Assembly: GCA_027031765.1 (NCBI GenBank)
Contig: JALVPN010000003.1
Location: 14,422 to 21,646, forward strand
Reading direction: 5' to 3'
Origin: Promethearchaeota archaeon
GTDB taxonomy: Archaea > Asgardarchaeota > Thorarchaeia > Thorarchaeales > Thorarchaeaceae
DNA length: 7,225 nt
A program made the position numbers and the translations under genes. This document shows positions 1 through 5,872 of this stretch, piece after piece. Numbering within the stretch: the stretch's first letter is position 1; each line of letters opens with the position of its first letter. Under the pieces are notes generated by a model. The model was not told the DNA's origin. It saw nothing but the letters and a program-made list of their open reading frames with translations, and did not search any database.

Positions 1-395
1 GTCGCGGGCATGTAGCGGTAGGAGACTAGGTAGTCGGTGCCAGCGGAGACGACATTGCGCAGGGCAGGGGGGAGTGACTCCAGAGAACGGCCGCCCTTGC
101 TGACAACTCTCTCCACCTCCTTCACGCTCTGGACACGCGCGGGGGCACGTGACCGCTTCCGCCGCCCTCGTGGACGACGCCTACCGTCTGATGGGTACTC
201 TATGTCAGACGACAGCGGCCTTGCCGTCCCACGCTGGACTGCGGTGGTGAATGCCTCGTAGGCATCAAAGAGGTCTTTGTCCTTCCCCTTCACGAGGACC
301 TCTGCATCACAGGTGTAGCACCTCACACTCCACACATCGCCGGCCCTCTTGATGCTGAGGGTCGACCCACACTTGGCGCAGTGGAGAACAGGCAC
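1..395 (-). CDS. N-terminal part of a probable DEAD/DEAH-box helicase with N-terminal Zn finger (partial, runs off the window edge)
   Basis: Manual translation from GTG at 395 is open to the edge: MPVLHCAKCGSTLSIKRAGDVWSVRCYTCDAEVLV...GTDYLVSYRYMPA. It has two CxxC pairs and an SD GGTGA at 406-402. The CxxC..CxxC..DY-x3-Y layout resembles, from memory, the N-termini of archaeal DEAD/DEAH helicases. No helicase motif lies inside the window. Confidence 0.6.
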   Translation of the reverse strand, partial: MPVLHCAKCGSTLSIKRAGDVWSVRCYTCDAEVLVKGKDKDLFDAYEAFTTAVQRGTARPLSSDIEYPSDGRRRPRGRRKRSRAPARVQSVKEVERVVSKGGRSLESLPPALRNVVSAGTDYLVSYRYMPA

Positions 396-536
396 ATCAC
401 ATCACCAGTAGCCAGGGCGGTCTCAGGAGGGCGGACGGGACAGTATGGTCTGGAACCGGCCAGGGAGGTCTGGCAACAGCTCCCAAGACTGTCGTCCTGC
501 CCAGCAGCCCGTACCGGGAACAGTCGGAGGATGAGG

Positions 537-551
537 TTTATCAACGTTTAG
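537..551 (-). promoter_or_regulatory. BRE/TATA-like promoter for the leftward gene
   Basis: Minus strand reads CTAAACG-TTGATAAA, the same AAACG-TT pattern as the promoter at 1751-1763. Confidence 0.5.
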
Positions 552-682
552 CAGTGGTCAAGGTTGACCGGGCTGTCACTGGACTTGAGCAGGCCGCATC
601 TCGTCACCCCACCGACCTGTCCCCCACCCGGTCGGGATGTGTTACTGGTCAGGTGCCGACCCACGACTATGGGCCACTACAG

Positions 683-695
683 CAACGGTTAAAAG
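683..695 (+). promoter_or_regulatory. BRE/TATA-like promoter of thioredoxin 1
   Basis: CAACGG-TTAAAAG, about 50 nt upstream of the ATG at 746. Confidence 0.5.
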
Positions 696-745
696 CGGTT
701 GTGCACGAACTGTACACAACCGACTGAACAGGTGTGAAGTGAAGA

Positions 746-1102
746 ATGGTCGAAGAGATAACAGCTGACCGGATTGAGCAGGTCGTGAAGGACAACAAGG
801 TGGTCTTTGTTGACTGTCATGCCGCCTGGTGTGCGCCCTGCAGGATGCTCAGTCCAATAATCGAGGAGCTTGAGGACAAGTACAGGGACAGAGGGTTCAA
901 GGCTGTCAAGGTGGATGTTGACCAGAACCCGGAGTTCAGCCGTCAGAACATGATCACGGGAGTGCCGTGCGTCTTCGTCTATGCTGGTGGTAGCCGCGTC
1001 GTGTTTGACGATGGAGAGGGGAACAGGCTTGACAGGCTTGTTGGTGTCATGCCCCCTGAGATCTACACGCAGATAGTCGAGGACCTGCTCGCACAGGTCT
1101 GA
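746..1102 (+). CDS. trx: Thioredoxin (WCAPC)
   Basis: 118 aa with VFVDCHAAWCAPC, the cis-Pro motif GVP and C-terminal DRLVG. SD-like GGTG/AGTGA upstream. Confidence 0.95.
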   Translation: MVEEITADRIEQVVKDNKVVFVDCHAAWCAPCRMLSPIIEELEDKYRDRGFKAVKVDVDQNPEFSRQNMITGVPCVFVYAGGSRVVFDDGEGNRLDRLVGVMPPEIYTQIVEDLLAQV

Positions 1103-1202
1103 GACCATGGACAGGACGGGACTGCCATCTGGGGGTCATAGGTAGGACGACTGTCCTGTATTGACCACCGGGCGACAGTCCCAGAGCCTCCCAGAGGTAC
1201 GG

Positions 1203-1215
1203 GCAAGATTATTAG
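1203..1215 (+). promoter_or_regulatory. BRE/TATA-like promoter of thioredoxin 2
   Basis: GCAAGA-TTATTAG, about 40 nt upstream of the TTG at 1253. Confidence 0.45.
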
Positions 1216-1252
1216 GAACGAGAATAGGCGCTGTAGGTGGTGCTATCTGACA

Positions 1253-1609
1253 TTGGTAAGAGACGTTAGACCCGAGGATGTCGAGAGAGCGGTGAAGAGC
1301 ACCAAGTTGCTCTTTGTCGACTGCTGGGCACCATGGTGTGGCCCGTGTCACGCACTGACCCCCATACTGGAGGAACTGGACAGCAAGTACTCGGACAACC
1401 CAGATGTCGGGTTCCTCAAGGTGAATGTGCAGGAACACCCAGAGTACGCAGAGAAGTACAGGATCACTGCAATCCCCTGCGTCCTCATATTCCACGAGGG
1501 GCGGCCAGCAGAGTACAAGCCCCAGAACAGCACCAAGGCTGTGGACAGACTTGTCGGTGTACGTCCGGCAGCACACTTCGAGGAGGTCATAAAGCACTTT
1601 TTGGGCTAG
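1253..1609 (+). CDS. trx: Thioredoxin (WCGPC), paralogue of 746..1102
   Basis: 118 aa with canonical WCGPC, AIP cis-Pro and DRLVG. TTG start preceded by AGGTGGTG. Roughly 35% identical to the upstream copy by manual alignment. Confidence 0.95.
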   Translation: MVRDVRPEDVERAVKSTKLLFVDCWAPWCGPCHALTPILEELDSKYSDNPDVGFLKVNVQEHPEYAEKYRITAIPCVLIFHEGRPAEYKPQNSTKAVDRLVGVRPAAHFEEVIKHFLG

Positions 1610-1750
1610 GCGCGATGCCCATGTATGATGTGGGTCCCTGCTGACATGTCCAGACCCACACACCTAGGACTCCAGTAGGCCCGCAAAGACATGTACCCCA
1701 TGGCGGCACCAACGGTGGAGCGTACCTAGGACTCATGGTGGGCAGTCCAC

Positions 1751-1763
1751 GAAACGTTATTTA
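1751..1763 (+). promoter_or_regulatory. BRE/TATA-like promoter of the gamma-CA-like gene
   Basis: GAAACG-TTATTTA. Confidence 0.55.
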
Positions 1764-1847
1764 GCCATGACTGGTTAGCGCAGAGTGCTCCCGGTTGGCC
1801 AGCCAAGCCGGGCACTAAGAGATAACAGACATGGCGAGGTCGTTACG

Positions 1848-2372
1848 GTGCCAGTGCTCTCATTTGGCGACAAGACACCCAAGATAGATGAGGGGGCATA
1901 TGTAAGCCCCCAGGCGACCATTGTTGGTGATGTGGAGATTGCTGCACGGGCAAGTGTGTGGCCTGGTGCAGTGATACGTGGTGACGGTGCCATGGTGCGG
2001 GTCGGAGAAGGGGTCTGCATCCAGGACAGCGTCGTGATACATGCCCACACACCCGACAACCCTGCAATCATTGGGGAGCTGGCCATAGTCGGGACTGCCT
2101 CGATACTGCACGGCGTGTATGTGGGTGACAAGGCAGACATTGGAGAACGCTGTGTCGTCCATGATGGGGCGACCCTTGGGGAGGGCGTGCGTCTTGCTCC
2201 AGGCAGCATAGTGCCATCAAATGTTGTGATACCGCCCCGGAGCCTGAACTCAGGGGCACCGGTGACCCAGATCAGGGAGCTATCAAGAGACGAGATTGAC
2301 ACACATGTGGTGCGGGCCGAGACCATTGCTTCTGTGTTCCAGAAGTTGCTGCGTTGGCAGAGGGCGATATGA
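1848..2372 (+). CDS. Gamma-carbonic anhydrase family (left-handed beta-helix, YrdA/Cap-like) protein
   Basis: Hexapeptide repeats plus family motifs IRGD, IQD-x4-H and ILHG. Start moved from 1785 to the GTG at 1848 (MPVLSF...) because SD GAGGT lies at 1836-1840. 174 aa. Confidence 0.9.
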   Translation: MPVLSFGDKTPKIDEGAYVSPQATIVGDVEIAARASVWPGAVIRGDGAMVRVGEGVCIQDSVVIHAHTPDNPAIIGELAIVGTASILHGVYVGDKADIGERCVVHDGATLGEGVRLAPGSIVPSNVVIPPRSLNSGAPVTQIRELSRDEIDTHVVRAETIASVFQKLLRWQRAI

Positions 2373-2454
2373 CGGGCAACATGGTGCTGACGCAGGCCCT
2401 GGCCAGACGGACATACAGGCCCACACAGTGGACAGGTCGGGTCAAATAGGAGGG

Positions 2455-2532
2455 TGGCGGGACCGCCCGGATTCGAACCGGGGATTACCAACTCCGCAGG
2501 CTGGCGCCTTATCCAAGCTAGACTACGGCCCC
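2455..2532 (-). tRNA. tRNA-Arg(GCG), intronless, CCA encoded
   Basis: 78-nt cloverleaf GGGGCCG-TA-GTCT-AGCTTGGATA-AGGC-G-CCAGC-CTGCGGA-GTTGG-TAATC-CCCGG-TTCGAAT-CCGGG-CGGTCCC-G-CCA. Arg identity elements A20 and G73 are present. Confidence 0.98.
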
Positions 2533-2554
2533 AGCGAGGATGACAATGGTTCGA

Positions 2555-2570
2555 CTTATAGACTCTTCGC
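2555..2570 (-). promoter_or_regulatory. BRE/TATA promoter of tRNA-Arg(GCG)
   Basis: GCGAAGAGTCTATAAG, ending 22 nt before the tRNA 5' end. An identical copy sits at the same spacing before the second tRNA. Confidence 0.8.
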
Positions 2571-2706
2571 TGAGGATGGTGTCACTAGGGGGGCTCATGG
2601 GGGGTGACCGGGGAGTGGGAGACTATCTGGCCCACGGATCTCCCGGGTGCACGTCACGAGGGACAGTAGACCTTTTAGTCAGGAAACAGATAGGGTGTCG
2701 AGCACA

Positions 2707-3900
2707 ATGAAGGACCTGGTCGTAGTCGGTGCTGGGCCTGCGGGCAGTGTGTGTGCCATGCATGCTGCAAGGGCGGGACTGGATGTCATGGTAGTGGACA
2801 AGGCGCAGTTCCCGCGGTTCAAGTCATGTGGGGGCGCCCTGTCACGCAGGACACTCAAGAACTTGGGCAGCCGGGCCTCGAAAGCGGTCAACTGTGAGGC
2901 CACCGGGCTCGTCGCATACTCCCCGGGCCTGAGGAGGGTTGTGCACGATGTGCACGAGCCAGCATACTTTGTAGTCCGGAGAGAGTGGGACTACCAAGTG
3001 CTCCTAGACGCCCAGGACGCAGGGGCAGAAGCGGTCACAGGCACGACTGTGAAGGATGTCAGGCCCCATGACGACACCGTCGATGTGGTGCTTGGAACGG
3101 GTGACACCGTAGCGTCCAGGTACGTTGTCCTTGCAGACGGCACGGGTCTCAAGTCATACCGCAAACGGCTCGGTTTCACACAGCCGTACGAGTACATGGC
3201 CAGGACAGTCTGCACTGAAACACCAGTGGACGAAAGGGTCGTGGACGAGATCACACAGGGACAGCACAGGCTGCACATCTTCTTTGGCATTGTCCCCCGT
3301 GGGTACGGCTGGCTGTTCCCGAAGAAGGGCTATCTGAATGTCGGTATTGGGTTTGGTAACGAGCACCCACCGGGCAAGAACCAGTTCGAGGTGTTTGACG
3401 ACTTTGTCAGGCTCCTCAAGGGGCGGGGCATGCTCCCAGAAGACTTTGACACCGCCCCCAAGAGGCCTGCTGCAATCCCATTCAAGCGCCCATTCGAGCC
3501 CACTGGCATAGGCCACGTGTTGTTGGCAGGAGATGCAGGGGGCTTCGTCTCACCGGTCACAGGAGAGGGGCTATACTATGGCACGACCACAGGAAGACTG
3601 GCTGCGGAGACCATCCGTGACAGTCTGGACGAGGCCCTTGACACGGGTATTGTGGAGAGTTACCGGCAGCGCTGGATGGACGACTTTGGCAGGGACATGA
3701 CCGGCGCGGGACTGTCCCTGGCCGACACGGTCTACAAGTCGACCAGGAGGATGGAGCTTGTTGTCCGGTTGATGACTGCAGACGAGGTGGTACGCCGGGT
3801 AACAGCTGAGGCAATACTCGGCTACGTTACGTATGGCGAGGCGCGTTCCCAGATACTCAGGAGGGCACCATGGGCACTGGTCAAGTCACTGAGAGTCTAG
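2707..3900 (+). CDS. Geranylgeranyl reductase family NAD(P)/FAD-dependent oxidoreductase
   Basis: 397 aa from the ATG at 2707 (MKDLVVVGAGPAG). Contains Rossmann GxGxxG, KSCGG, ADG, GYGWLFPK and GDAGGFVSPVTGEG motifs typical of GGR/DGGR. Substrate cannot be determined from sequence alone. Confidence 0.92.
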   Translation: MKDLVVVGAGPAGSVCAMHAARAGLDVMVVDKAQFPRFKSCGGALSRRTLKNLGSRASKAVNCEATGLVAYSPGLRRVVHDVHEPAYFVVRREWDYQVLLDAQDAGAEAVTGTTVKDVRPHDDTVDVVLGTGDTVASRYVVLADGTGLKSYRKRLGFTQPYEYMARTVCTETPVDERVVDEITQGQHRLHIFFGIVPRGYGWLFPKKGYLNVGIGFGNEHPPGKNQFEVFDDFVRLLKGRGMLPEDFDTAPKRPAAIPFKRPFEPTGIGHVLLAGDAGGFVSPVTGEGLYYGTTTGRLAAETIRDSLDEALDTGIVESYRQRWMDDFGRDMTGAGLSLADTVYKSTRRMELVVRLMTADEVVRRVTAEAILGYVTYGEARSQILRRAPWALVKSLRV

Positions 3901-4511
3901 TAGTCAACAAAGCCGAGCTGTATGTCTTCGAACAGCTCGGGCATGTGCTTCTGGACAAAGGATACTGGGACTTCCTTCCGCACCATGACCATTATGAACT
4001 CGCACCGCTCGTCACCGGTCGCCTTACACTTCACCTCACGGGCGAGGGTGTGGAAGGCACCGTCATGCATCAGGGCTGCCCAGGTCTGACTTGCACCCTG
4101 ATATGCACCAGCCGGGACCTGACAGAACCGATGGGGGAACCGGATGTTGCGACAGAACGGACAGTCGTCATCGGCCCACCGGTAGATGTATACGGTCTCA
4201 CCATCAATCTCTACGGTCTCATAGCTCTGCTCTGTCGGCGACTTGCCGGCGAACATGATCCATGCGGCCTCACCATAGGCTGGGATGCGCTCATGGTCAG
4301 GGTCGAGATGGGCTGACAGTTCGATCATGAACTCGTGCCCCAGTGACATGCCGCCCTCGAACACTCGCTGCAGCGCCTTACGCGGGCCCATCACCTCGGC
4401 GAGGCTCTCGACGAGCAGCTGGTTGAGTCTCGTGACGGTCAGTGTTAGCACCTTTTCACTGCTGAACTTCTTGACCTTTGAGGCCTGTACCAGTAACCAG
4501 TTCTTTACCAC
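3897..4511 (-). CDS. Stand-alone V4R (vinyl-4-reductase) domain protein
   Basis: 204 aa with CPFC (C117/C120), FC (C130), REVKCKATGDERCEF (C162/C170) and an N-terminal GxxxG helix (GMSLG). GTG start overlaps the upstream stop (TAGTG). SD GGTGGTGA upstream. Confidence 0.85.
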   Translation of the reverse strand: MVKNWLLVQASKVKKFSSEKVLTLTVTRLNQLLVESLAEVMGPRKALQRVFEGGMSLGHEFMIELSAHLDPDHERIPAYGEAAWIMFAGKSPTEQSYETVEIDGETVYIYRWADDDCPFCRNIRFPHRFCQVPAGAYQGASQTWAALMHDGAFHTLAREVKCKATGDERCEFIMVMVRKEVPVSFVQKHMPELFEDIQLGFVDY

Positions 4512-4966
4512 TACTCAATCACCACCTGCACCGACTCGATTTTACCGAGCCGGACAAGTTGTTCACATAATATCTTCACACGCATGGTAGCAACCCCCAG
4601 CACCTGGGCCAACTCGTCGACACTGCGTTTCCCGTCTACAAGGGCGAGAACCTGGATCTGGAACGAGTTCAGGTCATCCAGGTCCACTTGTCCCTTCATG
4701 GGAACTGGGACGAACCGCCGGGTGAGGGGTTTCCGGGCAGCCTTCGCCTCCTCAGCGCGTTCGACAATATTGGAACCGCTGATTGCGCGCAGGCGATACT
4801 CCTTGTCCACGAAAAGCGTTATGGCGTGCTCAGGGTCACCATGGGTCACAACTATGGGCACGGGATTGCGAAGAGAGTACCTCACCTGAGCGTCCCGGAT
4901 GTTCACCACTAAGAATTCATGGCAGATGGGACATTCGAACTTGAGTTGTGCCAATGTGACATCCAT
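4511..4966 (-). CDS. Hypothetical protein: putative Zn-binding N-domain (CxxC...HxxxxH) plus C-terminal winged helix
   Basis: 151 aa with CPIC (C12/C15) and HGDPEH (H42/H47). The C-terminal QVLALVDGKRSVDELAQVLGV..VKILCEQLVRLGKI is a wHTH pattern. Confidence 0.75.
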   Translation of the reverse strand: MDVTLAQLKFECPICHEFLVVNIRDAQVRYSLRNPVPIVVTHGDPEHAITLFVDKEYRLRAISGSNIVERAEEAKAARKPLTRRFVPVPMKGQVDLDDLNSFQIQVLALVDGKRSVDELAQVLGVATMRVKILCEQLVRLGKIESVQVVIE

Positions 4967-4995
4967 CCTCTAGTGGACCGTGGTACCGCTATGTA

Positions 4996-5535
4996 TCACG
5001 AGGTGCCTTGCGCCTGTGGCAGGAGAGCAGCCCAGATCTCGCGTTCAAGGTCATCGAAGCCTATGCCCTCCTTGGCGCTTACTAGTACAAAGGGCATGTT
5101 GTGCTGATGCGCAAAACTCTTTGCCTCATCGACCATCACCATGGGCCTCAAATCCACTTTGTTCGCGACCAGAATTCTGCGACTGGCCGGTATCTCACTT
5201 GTCATCTCCAGCCACTCGCCAAGTTCGAGGAATGACTCGTAACGTGTGATGTCGAACACCACCAGCGCAAGGTGTGCACCGGCAACCATATCAGACTGGA
5301 AGAACCTGAACTGTGGCTGGCCACCAAGGTCGAACGATACTATTCTCATGGAAACCCCGTGTTCCGTGTCAACGGCCGTCCAGGACTCAACATCAAGTCC
5401 AACAGTCATCTCAGGGTCTATGAACCGTTTCATGATGAGCCGCGTTGCGATAGAGGTCTTTCCGACGCCTCCTGCACCAACAAGCACGAGCTTCTTTACC
5501 GTGGATGCCAGGGACCTGCTGTCAGTAGTTGCCAA
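4996..5535 (-). CDS. Rab-like / Ras-superfamily small GTPase
   Basis: G1 GAGGVGKT, G2 T (MTVGLDV), G3 DLGGQ, G4 NKVD, G5 SAK. Preferred start is the TTG at 5535 after SD GAGGTG (179 aa); the ORF track starts at 5565. Confidence 0.95.
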   Translation of the reverse strand: MATTDSRSLASTVKKLVLVGAGGVGKTSIATRLIMKRFIDPEMTVGLDVESWTAVDTEHGVSMRIVSFDLGGQPQFRFFQSDMVAGAHLALVVFDITRYESFLELGEWLEMTSEIPASRRILVANKVDLRPMVMVDEAKSFAHQHNMPFVLVSAKEGIGFDDLEREIWAALLPQAQGTS

Positions 5536-5582
5536 TCCAAGCGACACCTCTGTGACATTATGCAATAGAGAAACAGAATCCG

Positions 5583-5596
5583 AAATAATACCTTTG
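5583..5596 (-). promoter_or_regulatory. BRE/TATA-like promoter of the GTPase cluster
   Basis: Minus strand CAAAGG-TATTATTT, about 50 nt upstream of the TTG at 5535. Confidence 0.55.
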
Positions 5597-5745
5597 TGCG
5601 TGTGTAGGTCGGAGGAGCACCTGCGGACCGACAGCGCCCTAAGAGGCCGGTCCCGGGTGGCTGGCGATGACCAGAGGACAGAGGACCAACGGCGGGTCTT
5701 GCCAGACGAGGCCGCATGTCGACAGACAGAATAGAGAAAGAGAGG

Positions 5746-5823
5746 TGGCGGGACCGCCCGGATTCGAACCGGGGATTACCAACTCCGGAGGCTGGCGCCT
5801 TATCCAAGCTAGACTACGGCCCC
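5746..5823 (-). tRNA. tRNA-Arg(CCG), intronless, CCA encoded
   Basis: Same 78-nt cloverleaf as 2455..2532, but the anticodon loop is CTCCGGA. Confidence 0.98.
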
Positions 5824-5845
5824 ACGGAGTGGAGCATTGCTTTGG

Positions 5846-5861
5846 CTTATAGACTCTTCGC
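5846..5861 (-). promoter_or_regulatory. BRE/TATA promoter of tRNA-Arg(CCG)
   Basis: GCGAAGAGTCTATAAG, identical to 2555-2570 and at the same distance from its tRNA. Confidence 0.8.
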
Positions 5862-5872
5862 CATAGTAGGGT

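Noticed and set aside
37-544. ORFs 37..261 (+) and 323..544 (-)
   Set aside because: They overlap the better-supported minus-strand Zn-finger frame starting at 395 and its leader.
689-1663. Minus-strand and alternative-frame ORFs 689..1108, 1136..1663, 1333..1644 and 1348..1590
   Set aside because: They are shadows of the thioredoxin genes with no recognisable motifs.
1765-1834. SECIS element (ATGA followed by a hairpin, downstream of a thioredoxin)
   Set aside because: Neither thioredoxin has an in-frame TGA (all active-site codons are TGT/TGC), and I could not form the tandem G.A quartet.
2369-2449. 26-codon ORF coupled to the gamma-CA stop by an ATGA overlap (MTGNMVLTQALARRTYRPTQWTGRVK)
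   Set aside because: Too short, with no motif or other support; likely chance.
1775-2491. 238-aa minus-strand ORF
   Set aside because: It starts inside tRNA-Arg(GCG) and is the antisense shadow of the gamma-CA-like gene.
2707-5535. Functional link between geranylgeranyl reductase and GTPase prenylation
   Set aside because: GGR reduces isoprenoid chains and does not transfer them, the GTPase has no C-terminal Cys, and the genes are convergent.
2455-5823. Integrated element or genomic island bounded by tRNA att repeats
   Set aside because: Both copies are complete tRNAs with different anticodons and their own promoters, and no integrase or replication gene lies between them.
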